A DNA stretch of 64,000 nucleotides from Amoebophrya sp. A120 (lineage: Eukaryota; Protista; Dinoflagellata): the NCBI GenBank assembly GCA_905178155.1, contig CAJINV010000005.1, positions 6,311,207 through 6,375,206 on the forward strand. Reading direction: 5' to 3'. The notes beneath the pieces were generated by a model. It had not been told where the DNA came from and searched no databases. It saw only the letters and a program-made list of their open reading frames with translations. Below, one piece after another: positions 1-12,841 of the stretch. A program made the position numbers and the translations under genes. The first letter of the stretch is position 1. Each line of letters opens with the position of its first letter.

Positions 1-700
1 AACACTCACTGCCAGCATCGCTCGCAACATTTGAATCGCGGCACTCAGCCAGCAGCCCTTTTCGTTCGGATTGTCGGGCCCCCCAGTTTCCCGCATGACC
101 CGCTCGCAATCAAAACCACCCAGCAAAGGCGGCGGGCGGGTTTACTATCTAGGGCGGCGGCACGTTCTCCCGCGAGCGCCCCCTCGGAATTATCATGCTG
201 GCCGACCAACGGGCGCGCGAGGCCACTCATCGGCCACATTGTGGCGCGACCGCCTCCCGCCTGCGCCCCTTTTTGAACCCGCAAGGAGGCCCGCCGGCGC
301 AGGGCGCAGGCGGCGCGCGCCAGGAACTGCGCGACGGGAGGGAGGCCGGCCAGACGCGGCCCGCGCGCCACTCTCCGACGCGCCGGAGCGGGCCCGGCGG
401 CCCCCTCTGTCTTCCATAGTTAGAAAAGCACCGGCGGGCGCCAATGTCTTTCTGTGCGCCGGGCGGGTCGCACGCCCCCGGGCGGCCTCTGAATGTTCGC
501 GGCGGATCCAGCCCTGCTCGACGCAGCACCCGGCGCCGCCGCCCGTTGCTTGCACCGCGCGAAGCTCCCAGGGGCGCACTTCTACGGAAAAGCGCGCGCG
601 CCCTTTGGCCGACAGCGCCGGGGCGAGCTTAGTGGTGGCCCTGCAGAGGCATGTGCTTATGAGTAGCTATCTGCGGGTAATGTTCCTGAAGCAGATTGGG
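1..700 (-). pseudogene. GC-rich decayed non-LTR (LINE-like) reverse transcriptase fragment, running off the window start
   Basis: Minus ORF 45..371 reads ...VQKGAQAGGG...AAALDSKPA, resembling the RT QxGFxxG and lDxxxAF motifs in the right order. Colinear nucleotide similarity to 17200-17690 (e.g. gcgcgcgcgccc(c)tttggcc, cctgcag, gctatc). Confidence 0.45.
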
Positions 701-1268
701 CGCTGCGCCGTTGGCCAAGTTCCTAACTCGGACAAAACGCCTCTGGTACTAGTGGAAGAACACTTCAAACCGCACTAGCAGCTGTTCTTTTACATCCACA
801 GCTGTTCTTTCGCAAGTCGTCTTCTACAACTCGACTTCTATCTTCTCAGATGGAGATGAATCCAATTTATTATTACTCGCTTGCGTTTTTTTCTTTTCAA
901 AAAATCGTTAACGTCATCTTCGTCAGACTAACGCTACTATATTCAAAACATCAAGCAAAGGGAAGCTAAATTCTCAGACCTATTTCTATTTTCAGTAGCG
1001 TAAATTGGAGGGATTGCCTTTCTTCTAATTCCAGATCGAATGAGAGAGCAGTTGTACTGAGAGGTAGATAAGAATATTCGCTGCATTTCGCAAAAAAAAA
1101 GTTCACGAAGATACTTGGAGGACAAGCATGCTTCAAAAGATTTACTTCAGGTTCAGGAACATCAGCGCCATACAAAAATACATGCGAGAATGCGCTGCAG
1201 GGCATGATCATAATTCGAAATCTTCATAACGTCAAAGTCAAAGGTAACGAACAACGAGCTCCGGCTTT

Positions 1269-3044
1269 TTACAAATGAGAGACCCGACCCTCCTGCATCG
1301 CGGAACCAATGACGGTTTGCACCGCGGTAGCTGCAGAAGAACCCAAGTGGTCTGATGTACTACCCCCGCTCGTTCCTGTGGGCGCCAGCCATTCGCGGCG
1401 GACGGGCCGCTCAACTGCTGTGGCAATTGAGTCTGCGCCCTCTCCTTCAGCTGTATTCGACGAGATGAAGTTGTCAACACCTGTTGCTCCTTCTTGCACA
1501 GTAGTTTGACTTACTTGCATTGCATCCTCGCCTGACGTCGCTGCCATGTTTCTTCCTTCTAGTCCTGATGAGGAGAACTCGCCTTGATTTTCTACTCCTG
1601 TATTCTCCCCTGTAAAAATTGGCGGGCTCGGCACGGGATCATCACCAGCCCCACCAACACCCCCGGGGATAGGTGGCTGGATTGCTGTTGGCTGTAGCGA
1701 CGCAGCTGGCGAAGCAGTAGTAGAAACACCTGTCGGCTGCAAAATTGGGCGGGTCGTGCGTGTGGGTGGGAGCGGGGCGACAGCGAGGTGGTGGGGAGTT
1801 GTGGTACTAGGTGGCAAGAACGTTGTTCCGGCAACGGCCATTCTAGTATTTGTAGTTCCGCGGACCATTGGCCGCTGCTGCGTGAAACGGGAGGTCATCT
1901 GCTGGGGTTGTGCGTAAGGCGGGGCAAACCGCGGCGGCAGCTGGTGGTTCTGGGACGAGAGATAAGTCGCAGCGCCCACGTACTGTTGCTGCCTCGCATT
2001 CATCGGAGTTGTAGAGGTGCCAGAATTAGAAGCGAGATAGTTCTGGTGTTGCTGTTGCCCAATCCAGATCCTGGTTTGACCGCCTTGCTGTTGATGAACC
2101 AAAGGGGCCCGCGGCACGAAGGACCCAGCTTGTGGGGTCGAAGACACGACACTAGTAGGTCTACTCAACACGGGCTGTTGTCGCATCACAGCCACGGCCG
2201 GGGAAGAGGGCGACTGCGCCAGGTGGTGGTGCGCCTGCGCAGCCGTAGCCGCAGGTGGGGCAATTGAAATTGTTGTTCCAGACGTGTTCAAAAAGTCGGC
2301 GCTGGCAGAAGGGGATGTTGTACTTGTAGCGCCACGCGACAAATCTCGTTGTTGCAACACAGCCGGAGGAGCACCTTCGCCCGGTGTACCCGCTGGCGCG
2401 TCCAACTCCAATTGTGGTGCCTGCTGGGCGTTGAGCGGTGGGGTCGGGGGCAGAGAAATACTGTTTGTACACTCTCGTCCAGCTGCTTGGAGATGCAGGT
2501 GCTCCACGTCGACCTGCTCGTTCGAAGGAGTTGTCGTTCCACCAGCAGTTCCGGCGTTGCTCATGATTTCTGGCGTGGACGGGGCGGCGCTCGATAAACC
2601 CGTGTTGTCGCACGCCGTGGGGAGCCGCAGAAAAGGCACTTCGATCGGCGGCGTCCACTGTGGCCCGCCGGCGCGGCCAGTCTTGGAGGTGCCACGGGCC
2701 AGCTGCGGCTGCGGTTATGAAAGTTCTTGTGAGCACAACTCTGCCTGCTCCCCTTATTTTGGAAGGGCATGATAAGCAACTACACGGGCAACGGCAGCAA
2801 TATAGTGGCTCCCGCATGACAAATCTGCATGCGGATTGTAGCAGAGGGCGAGGTTCCAAAATTTACCATGCAGTCGAGAATGCTCCCTGATCAGAGACAG
2901 GATGTGCTGCATGTGCATTAGCATTTGGTATGTTGCATGACAAAACAGGGGGACGGGAGTTGTGCACAATTCTCATAGCGGTTGCCACAGGACGACCGGG
3001 GGCGTGGTGGGGCGATTGATCTGCAAAGGTTTTTTTTGGTTCAT
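1269..3044 (-). CDS. Low-complexity P/Q/S/T-rich hypothetical protein, ~502 aa, 1 introner
   Basis: ATG at 3044 (MNQKKPLQ...). Removing 2716-2977 plus 5 nt joins in frame to ORF 1269..2639. Confidence 0.7.
2716..2977. mobile_element. TIR introner, family F11 (GCACAACTC)
   Basis: TAT..ATA ends, imperfect TIR, TSD GCGGT/GCGGT, frame restored. Confidence 0.85.
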
Positions 3045-3389
3045 CTTAATACCGTCTGCACTGTCTGACACAAAAAAAAACTAAGTACAATTTTCCAAAA
3101 CTATATGTCAAAGCTGTTCCATCTGAGTCTAACCCATGTCAGGAGTACCGTGATCCGCACCGCTGGAGCAAGTTCGACCGCATGATTGGTTTCCCCCGAG
3201 CCCACCGTCGTAGCCGCAAGGGAGGGGGATGCTCCAGTATGCACAAGAAAAAGCTTCGATAGCACGATAGCACTCGCAGCTACACGACAGAATTCACGCG
3301 GCGAGAGAAATAACCTGGCGCTGGCCACTTTTATTCATTGAACAAGGCGAATGAAGTTCGCTGCTAGTTCCGTTGCAGGACTGCATTTT

Positions 3390-4960
3390 TCATTTGCGCT
3401 GCGGCTGGAAGATCTTCACGGTCCACCTTCGAGTGCAATCTACTAGCATCTTCTGTGTGTACTTCGCATACTGTGTTGCTGTACTGTCCATATCCGTGGC
3501 TGAAGCATCAGCACTGGGTGACTCCTCTAGATCATCGAGATCCACATCCATATGCATCTCTCGACCTAATTCTCCTCCCCCTTCGCTGGGCGCCGGCGAC
3601 AAAAACGGGTTGTTGTTTCCCTCCCCGAAAAGGACGTCGCTACTGGGCTCTGAGATGGGCTCCGTACGGGGAGTCAGATTCATGATCATGTCATCTGCGC
3701 CGATTTTATTTCCAGGTGGAGCAGGATTTGTTGTTGTTGTTCTGCCCGCCGGCGGCGGCGCACTTGGCAGTCCTCCTGGTGGTGGGCTGGGTAGTTGTTC
3801 TACAACTTGCTGCAAGGATGTTGAAACGACAGCTGCTGGAGACAACTCCTCCTGGCTCATCATATCAGGTGCTGTAGATGAAGAGGAAGGTCCTGCACCA
3901 GCATGCGTGTCTACTTGTTTCGCTAGTAATTCGTTTCCTAACTGGACCAGTGGTCCAGCGACATTGTTGCTGAGAAATGCCTGAGCATCTTTCGTACCGG
4001 TTCGCTTATGCGAGGTTTTTTTGTTTCTCGGAAGATGATGTTGAGCGACCTCTTGACCCCCGCGTAGTGGCCCACCTACGCCGACACCAGCACTCGAAGC
4101 GCCATTGTTCGGGGTCGCAATTCTCGCCGCTGCACCCTGGTTGGTCAACAAGGGCAGGCATAACTGCTGTTGTAGGCTGGGTGCAGGGAAAGACGAAAAT
4201 GTACCCGTGTTTGCTTGTGCGCCCTCAGGTTCCTCCACGCTTGCGGACCCAAAATTATTCGATCCCCTGAGCTCGCTACTCAACCCCCCAAGCGGCGTTG
4301 TGCAGTTGGTGGCCCGTTCCCAGGGCGCGTACCCGAGGGTAGAGAGTGATTTTTGCAGTTCCTCGTGGGTAGCCTCCGTGACGATGCGTGGCTCGTTGGT
4401 GCTGGAGGATGCGTCACCTTGCTCGGCTGACTGGGATTGAGATTCTGCCTCACCTGCGTAGTACAGCTCGTTGGCATTCCTGACCCCGTAGTTGGTCTCT
4501 ACAGGTACGACTTCGATTTCCCCAGCACTATCGGCACCACCGCAACAGTCACACGGCGAACTCTCGTCGGAATTGGGTCGGGTTTGGAAATATCCTGTGC
4601 AAAAGTATCGCACTCGTACTAATTGCAGCCATGCATGACAGATCTATTTTGTAAGCGAAAACAGCATTACAAATCGCATTTTTGTTCTTGAGAAAATTTG
4701 TCATGCAGTTCATACTAGTACGATACTTTTGCACAGGATATGAAAGGGTCTAGTTGTACTTCGTCTGCTGGTACGGAGTCCGCTTCGCCGGAGGAAGTAT
4801 GCGCGCCAGCAGCTGGGAGAAGGAAGGGGATCGCGGGATCATGTTCCTGATGATGTTCTTCTTGCACGCGGTCAGCCGGCGCAGGTGAGCAGTAGGCTGA
4901 TCCGGAGCCGGGGCTGGAGGCCTGAGAAAATAATGTGGCAAGAACGCGATTTTTTGTCAT
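3390..4960 (-). CDS. Low-complexity hypothetical protein, ~471 aa, 1 introner
   Basis: ORF 4715..4960 (...QLDPF) joins ORF 3390..4613 (QTRPN...) after removing 4591-4740 plus 5 nt. Confidence 0.7.
4591..4740. mobile_element. TIR introner, family F1 (~150 bp, TGCAAAAGTATCG)
   Basis: Perfect 20-bp TIR TATCCTGTGCAAAAGTATCG, TSD GGAAA/TGAAA. Confidence 0.95.
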
Positions 4961-6343
4961 GTATTTCTGTTAAACAGCTACAGAGATGCCAAAGTAGGAC
5001 TGTTTGATAGATGCTAGGACGCTGAACAAGTACTACAACTAGAACGGTGGCGGTGCCTTGGTTCATTACAGAAAAGTAAAGATGGGATATTAAACAAGTA
5101 CCTCTCTTACGCTGCACCTTTTCGCAAAAGCCGTCTGCAATCCGCATAAGCAGGAGCCACAACTTGCAGCAGAAGAAGTTGTCGCGCACCTAGTTCTTTG
5201 CCCGCTTGGTATTACAGCGGGAACAGGCTGAAAGGCAGCTGCTGCAACCGCGGAAAACGAAATACAGAACGACAGAAACACGTAGGCAAAAGGGAAGGTG
5301 GTAGCAACCATGATTTTTTTCAAACGGAGGCCGCGAGGGGAAGACATTTATTTATTATTATAATTATTTTGCTCTTCTTTATTATGGAGGCGCCAGCGCC
5401 TTCTTGCGATCAGGACTACCACCGAGCAAGCCGACGAGTACTCAAGTTGTAGTATCAGTTTACTTACTTTGACAGACCTGATCACACACTGACACTGCAG
5501 TTGTACTATGGAAATAAAACCATCCCGATCGATTCATCCACGAGAGAAGCCTTAGATCCGTTCCAAATTTGAAAACACGAGGTTCTACTACAGGTGTTAG
5601 AAGGCCAAAAGATCTAAAAGGATCTGCGGATGTTGATCTGTTGAAACTTGTATCCACACTGCTCATATAACCACGCAGTAAAGATCAACACGCTGCTTCA
5701 GCGACGCCTTCCAAACCCGGTCTTTTTACTGCGCCGTCAGCGAGGCGGTCTTCTATGAAGGCGCAGGAACAACGTTTAACAAATAGACCAGGGTAGGCTT
5801 CAACGCTGCAATAGTCCCTGATACCACTGAAAGAATGTATGTTGAGGTAGTCCACGACAAGCATCAACCTTCACTCTGTACAAATTTCGTTTCTCGAGAA
5901 GCCGTCGGCGTCGAAATTTTAATTTTACAATTGTTTCTACGAATCAAGTAGCACCGAGCGCAATACATAGAATGGCCACAAAAGTACATGATCATTGTGC
6001 TGCCTCCACGAGGCGATATCGATTCCGTGATTGATTCAATTTCAATTTCAAGTTGTGTACAATCACAATGTTGAGTATTTTACAATGAATAAATCGCTTT
6101 ACGTCAAATTCATTCGCTCCTTTCATCTTCCTCACGAATAAAACTGCTGGTATTTTTAGCATTATGTGCCCTCCTCACTAGTAGGAGTGTCATTCTAGAA
6201 GTTAGGGTTTTGTTTTGTGAAAAAGCTACAAAAGTAAAAAAGTATGCTGGTTCGTGATCGTGATTCCATTTCTTCACTTTACCACGTACAACTTCTCTTG
6301 TTTCTAAAAACATCCTGCGACTTACTCCCTCGGGTCGTCCTGA

Positions 6344-9300
6344 TCACCGAAAACAGTCCGTATCCACGCCGGTACCAGCCCCCCCTCCGATTCTCATCCC
6401 GTTGGAGTTTGCGTTTCTGACCAGTTCCGTCTGCGCACTTTCCGCAAACTTGTTTTTGTTACCATCCGTCAAGCCCTCGACCGGCAGTTGCAACTTATTC
6501 TGCAGTTTCGAGTAGTCTTTCACGACGGGCTTGTTCGGTACGGGACCACTGAGGGACAGATCGTCTTCCACTGGTGTAGTTGTACCAGAATCGTCCTGCT
6601 TACTACTCTCTACTTGTTCCGCATTTTGGTCGTCGTGCCGAAGACCTCCATGCTGTTCGTTGAAACGCATCAGCTCTTCTTCCGTCCGCCCCGCTTTCAG
6701 CCAGGCGTATTCCTGGACCGATCGGGTCCCGTACGCCATGCAATCAGAGGTGGCAAAGTAGAGACAAAACTTCGACTGGTTTTTATTCCCGGAAAGGTTG
6801 TTCTTCACGCCGATATGCATTGCAAAAGTATCGCACTCGTATAAATGCATTACAAATGTCCTCAGCATGAGAAATAAAATTTGTAATGCTGACCTACCTC
6901 AAGGAAAAGATTTGTGATGCATGATTGCAATACGAGTACGATACTTTTGCAGAGCATATCCGAAGGCATTCAGCAGCTCCTCACTCGGTTCAGCCAGTCC
7001 CGCCAGCGCCAACGGCCAGTTGATGCCGAATTTGGGAGCTTGCGCAAAGATCATCATCCCCGGGAACAAAACCATCAAGCCCCATTATCAGAATGAAAAA
7101 TCCCCCCTCCCCACATCAAAACGGAAATCTGTGATGCTAAAACAACCGCACCGACATTGCCATTGCCATTGTCCATTATCGCTTACGGAAATCTGTGATG
7201 CGGGATTTGTGTACACAAATCCAATCTGTCTAGCAGTAGAGGACTGCAGGCAGATGCAGCGCCTGAGTAGGGGCGCTTTGCTGTAGGCGCCTAGCAAGGC
7301 AGGCATATCCTCTGTAGGCGATACAGCATTACAAAGTGCCTGCCAAACGCGGCTGATTCTCTGTCTTTGCCCTCTTGCAATACATGGACGATTTGTGGTC
7401 ACAAATCAGCATTGCAAATTTTCAGTAGTGCCCCTTTTTGGTATGGGTAGGGTGGATTTTTCCTCACAATACCCACCACAGAATGAACATTATGGAGGCG
7501 AAAAGGTGGAAGCCCGTCCGGATTTTGAACACCGAATTAAAGGAAAAAGACGCGGACAGGACTATGCAGTGCAAAATTATCGTACTCGCAGTACTGCAAC
7601 ACAAATTCGCTTTAGCATGACAAATGGAATTTGTCATGCTGAGTTAGCTTGAAAAAGAAACTTGTCTTGCATGACTGCGATGCACGATGCTTTTACAAAG
7701 GATAAGGACGGACTTCGGCGGATTGTAGTCCGTTTCGATGCGCTCCGCTTTATAAATTGCAATTATTTCTGGGTCTGGAAAGAACTTGTGATGCTAGAGT
7801 ATGGATAAGTCTGGCGCACTCAAGTGTAGCCACGCATGACAAGTTTACTTGACATCGTCTGAAGATGCGTAGCACGCATGACAAACTGCGTTCTTGCATG
7901 ACGAAAAACTGGCGCCTTTGCTGGCTAAGCAATACAGATTTTTCAAGAGTGTAGAACATGCAACACAATTTGCGCTTTTCCAGACCCAGACATATTTCTT
8001 GCAGTGCATACGCTTCTTGGTGGTGCGATGATGAAGAAGTTCGACTTGCATTTTTATTTACCTCCACCACCCGAGCGGTGTATTCCCGTCTTCGGTGCGT
8101 ATCCACTGCAAAAGTATCGCACTCGTTTGAATTGCAGGTATGCATGACAAATCTGGTTTCCTACCCAAATCTGCATTACAAATTCCAACTTTCTTCCTGA
8201 TAAAATTTGTCATGCGATTTATACTAGTACGATACTTTTGCAATGCATAGTGCGGCTGGTACGGCGACTGGAGAAAAACGTCAAAGAACCACCGAAATTT
8301 TTTCGGGAAGACGTAGCGGGGTACCGGTTTTGGCAGGCCGCAGAGCTGGACATGATCTGCAGGAGCGCGACGTTCGCTGGTAGCGGTAGAAGCGGCTGCG
8401 CCACTCCAGTGTCCCGCCTGTAGTTGATGTTTTTCCTTCTCTGCTTCCGCGTGTAAAACCTGCTGGTGAAACTCATGCAACGTTTCCAAACGATCACTTG
8501 TTGGGTAGTAGTTTAACGCCGTACTATCGTGGTTGTCATCGGCTCCGCCTGTTATGCTGCTCATCACCCCCGTTATTCTCCCCCCCGCGCGCGCCGAGGA
8601 ACTTCTACTGTTCCTCGTGTCACTGTTATCCACAGTAAATTTCCTGTACATGTGCACATGCGGTTTCTGCATGACAAGGCTTTCTTTTAATTCTGTTCAG
8701 CATGACAAGTGGCACGCTCGAAGTTGGTGAATAAATTTGTGATGCATTTTGTACATGTACAGCAAATTTGTATTGCATAACTGTAGGACAAATGCAACTC
8801 GTATTCCAGGTCACTCAAGGGGTTCATGCCCAGGGTAAACACCATAGTTTCGCAGGCCAGCGTCCAGATGGCGTACAGTCCCCAAACAAAGGCGAAGAAG
8901 ATGAACAAGGAAAACGCCTTGAAGTTCATGCCCCCAACGCAATTCCCGATGAAAGGGCAGTGGTGGTCGAAGTGAAAGGTGCAATGTTGACAAATCCTGC
9001 AGTGGTGCACCTTCTGCGAGTGGAAATACGGCTTCCAGATGTGAGAGGACGGACAAAATTCGAAGTCAAAAGCGACCATGTGATCCACCTTCTTCGTATT
9101 CTCCGCCAGGGCGGCAGGAGAAATTTTATTTCCACTGGACGTCGTCGCGCCACTATTTTTATCCGCAAGTACTAACGGTATGCCCGTCATGTACTCTTTT
9201 TCGTAATTGGTCAACTCGTGTCTCCAGAACTCGTTCAGAATGGACCGGTACTTCTTCGGGTCGGAAAAGTACAACCCGTACTGTCCGATCACGCTGTCCC

Positions 9301-12146
9301 CGTTGGTTTTGTCCACGGCAAAATTCCCCTTGTTATCCTCTGCAAAAGTATCGTATAGTACCGTAGTAATTGCAGTATTGCTATTGCGTGACAAATCTAG
9401 GGCCTATAGGCAAACTCAGCATGAGAAATTCCATTTGTCATACTGAGCGAATTTGTAATGCGATTTCCGGGATAGTACGATACTTTTGTAATGCATACTT
9501 GTACCGAAAACTCTCTTTCTGAAACGGGTCGATGTTCCACGGGTAAGAGTGTTCCGGCTCGTAGCCCGGATTCCCGAAGCTGGCGGAAAAAATCGAAGCA
9601 AACAGCAGCGGCCAGAACAGGACAAAGCCAAAACAAATCCGTGCCGCACCGTGCAGGTGGAGGCAGTTGTGGAGGAGGTATTGTTTTTGCGACTTCGATG
9701 TAGCTCCTGCTGTACCGTTTTGCGAATTTCTGTTGTGATGCTGGAACCTGACTAGACCGATGCTGCGAAGCTGCTCTTCAGTCAATTCCGATCCGTCAAC
9801 TCCAGTTCCATTCGAGAAGTCTCCTGCAGCGGCGCCCGCGTAGAAGTTGTTGTAGGTCTTATTTTGCTGGCTCGACGCTTGCACCGGCTCCCCAATGACG
9901 TAGCGATACCGCGAAGCAGATCTGCTTCCCATGGTCGAGGGCCCGCCGTAGTAGTTGTGTCCACTACTAGCGGCGTTTGATGTTGTTCCTACAGAAGTAG
10001 TTGCCTCGTCACTAGAAGGATTGCCGTAGTACTCCACCCGTTTATTTTCTCGGACCAAAATGGGCACGTGCTGGTCCATTTTTACTGTGTTGTCCGTTTC
10101 GCCATCATCATACAGATATGAACTGCAAAAGTAGTATCGTCCTAGTATAAATTGCATTACAAATTGACTTAGCATTACAAATTAAATTTGTAATGCAGAT
10201 TTGCCTTAACAAAGAGATTTGTAATGCATAAACGCAAAAATTAGTACGAGTACGGTACTTTTGCACTGCATAACAGGTCAGCGATAGGGTCAACATCTTG
10301 CTCGTCTTCAGCAATTTCTTTACCCCCGAATATGCATTGCAAATATGTCTGGGTCTGGAAAAGTGCAACTTGTCATGCCAAATCTGAATCATACAAAAAG
10401 CTGTGTTGCATGATTGCCAATAAAGCTGTTCACTTTTGAGAAGGCCGAGAGGCTGTTTCTCATGCGGAAAAGGCATGGTAAAGATCTCACATAATCTGTG
10501 ATGCTAGGGCATGCATCACAGACCTCACGCGTCATGCAACACGTGCATGACAAACGTTGCACTTTTCCAGACCCAGACATTTTTACAGTTGATACCGAAA
10601 TAAGCACCAGAAGTTGTGAACAAGTTTTTCCTTCTCATTTCCCCGGCGCACTTTCGACAGCAAATCGAGTTCGCAGCTTTCTTCGATGTTCGAAACGCGA
10701 AGGCGTACAGGTCAAAGTCGACGAAATAGACGTCCAGCATGGCCTTGGTCCAGAACACCCAGGAAAAAATCGCAAACACGATGTAGTAGGACGGCAAAAT
10801 ACTTTGACTCGGTCCGTACACCAGCGGCCCGATCTGCAACGCCACGGTGAGGAACAGAATGTGGACGAAACCGCAGAACCCGAAGGCAAACGCGTTCGCG
10901 TAGATAAGCGCGGTGGGGTCTTGGTTCAGACTCGACATCGCGTTGGTGTTAAACCGGCCGTTGTCGTGGTTGTTCAAGAACGGAGCTTGACAACCCGCGC
11001 CGATCGCGTTCAGGCAGAGTGTGCGACAGCCGTTGCAGTAGTTGTGTTTCAACACGTCGTAAAAGGCGCGGGTGATGGTGTGAAAGTGAAAACTCAGAAT
11101 GGTAAAAATGCTCACCAGCCCGGACCGCGGAGTCTGGTGGCCCGGAACTATCGGAGGCGGGGGTTTCGCGAAGAACATCATCGTCGTTGTTCCTGCTTTC
11201 GATGCTCCTGAAGACGCCACTGCAGTGGTAGAGCTGCTAGTTGCACTCGCATTGCCCATCATCACCAAGTGCGCCGGATTCCAGTTTGCGGGCAAGAAGT
11301 AAAACAGCGGGAAACAACAAATGCTGGAGCAGAGTAACTGCCGGGCAAGCTGTTCTTCCAGAATCAAGTCTGGATCCATGGAATAGGACTGAAAGTGCCC
11401 GGTGTAGGAAGTGATCATTTGATTCGCGTTTTGGTTCTCATTGTAATCTACTGTTCCTGCTCCAGCGAACTTCTGCGCAGAAGTAGGTGATGTCCACCTA
11501 TTTGTAGAAGCTGTACCACTATGCATTGCAAAAGCATCGCGCTAGTATAAATCGCAATACAAATTTTCTCAGAAGGAGAAATGTAGTTTGTAATGCTGAT
11601 TTGGCTACGAAACAGGATTTGTCATGCATGATTGCAATTAGTACGAGTGCGATACTTTTGCAGAGCATAACCACCGTAATTTGGCTGAAACGATTTCGCG
11701 TCGTCCACTTCCACCTGCCAAGATTCGTGGAGACTCGAAGGCTCGCTAGTACTTGCAGCGTCAACAGTAGAACTGAAAGCAGTAGAACTGAAACCATTAT
11801 GTGGCTGCTGCTCCCCCTCTGCCTGGGGCGGTCGGCTCATTCCACTCGTGGATCTCGCTGTCCCTGTCGTTGTGTCCAGGGTCATTTTTTTTCCGATGTA
11901 GTTACAACTTTCGACGTCCTTCTCGCTACTTGAAGAGCTACTTGACGAGGAACTTGCCGCGGAAGAACTGTTTGCCGTGGTTGAAGATGATGTCGTAGAA
12001 GAGGTCCCTGCACCACCTCCACTTGTTCCTACCGCTGTTGAACTTTCTGTACTTCTTCTCTCCTGCTCGCCTTCCTCCCCACTAGAAGAGGAGACTAAAA
12101 TCTGCGTTTTGTCACCGATCCGTCGGGCCGACAGTTTGATTTCCAT
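6344..12146 (-). CDS. DHHC zinc-finger palmitoyltransferase, ~1260 aa, 10 introners
   Basis: HHCRICQHCTFHFDHHCPFIGNCVGGMNFKAF motif at ~8910-9010, upstream NPG motif and flanking TM helices. All 10 junctions are in frame after removing element plus 5 nt. Confidence 0.9.
6814..6958. mobile_element. TIR introner F1
   Basis: TSD GCCGA/TCCGA, frame restored. Confidence 0.92.
7086..7471. mobile_element. TIR introner, family F3 (GAAAAATCCCCC), with internal filler insertion
   Basis: TSD CCCAT/CCCAC, frame restored. Confidence 0.9.
7563..7704. mobile_element. TIR introner F1 (degenerate)
   Basis: TSD AGGAC/AGGAC, frame restored. Confidence 0.9.
7751..8010. mobile_element. TIR introner, family F2 (~260 bp, GTCTGGGTCTGGAA)
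   Basis: TSD CGCTT/CGCTT, frame restored. Confidence 0.92.
8100..8249. mobile_element. TIR introner F1
   Basis: TSD GTGCG/GTGCG, frame restored. Confidence 0.95.
8627..8779. mobile_element. TIR introner, family F12 (AAATTT-CTGTACATGT)
   Basis: TSD ACTGT/ACTGT, frame restored. Confidence 0.88.
9334..9497. mobile_element. TIR introner F1
   Basis: TSD CTTGT/CTTGT, frame restored. Confidence 0.93.
10117..10272. mobile_element. TIR introner F1
   Basis: TSD ACAGA/ACAGG, frame restored. Confidence 0.92.
10331..10594. mobile_element. TIR introner F2
   Basis: TSD CCGAA/CCGAA, frame restored. Confidence 0.95.
11520..11669. mobile_element. TIR introner F1
   Basis: TSD ACCAC/ACCAC, frame restored. 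Confidence 0.95.
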
Positions 12147-12841
12147 CTTGACAGGAGACTTTAGATAGGGATGAAAAAGAAAACACTACAAGCACCAAAA
12201 ACAAGGCGGACGTGAAACATTCATTGAGTGGATCATCTGGATCATTTGCAACGAGGATGTTGAACGGCAATAGGCCTATGCCATGACTCCTCTGGCATGA
12301 TTTATCTACTTTGCCCAGAGATTCTGACCAAATCAACGGCTAATCGTTCTGGTTCTTTGCGATCATCAGATATATCGCTGCGAACTCTTTCTTAGCCGCA
12401 AGCGTCGCGACCACTTGTGAACGATAACCACGATTTTTCGAGTCCTTTTTTCCCGACCAGACGATTGCAGCAATGATGGAAAACAGACCGAAGAGCACCT
12501 AATCGACCAATGTACTTACAGCAACGTCGATCATGTTGTTGTGCGAAACGAATTCTCATCAAAGCCCCCGAAAGTAAAATACGACGAAAAAGATGTTATA
12601 TATTCTTTCCGCGCCTTCTTGCTGACTACTTCTACTACTTCATACGCAAGAACTGTGCAACGCTGTGTTGATCTTCTTGGATGGAAGTCTTTTAATTTGC
12701 GAATTGCTCCGGATCATGATCTCCCGACGTCACTGTATAACTACTTGTTCGGATACGACCACCACCACGACAGACTACTTACAAGTACAACAGTGACAAT
12801 GAATAGGCATCAAACACGGCACTTCTACACGAAGCAGGTCC

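Noticed and set aside
1-700. rRNA/ITS interpretation of the GC-rich start
   Set aside because: No conserved 18S, 5.8S or 28S signature was recognised on either strand.
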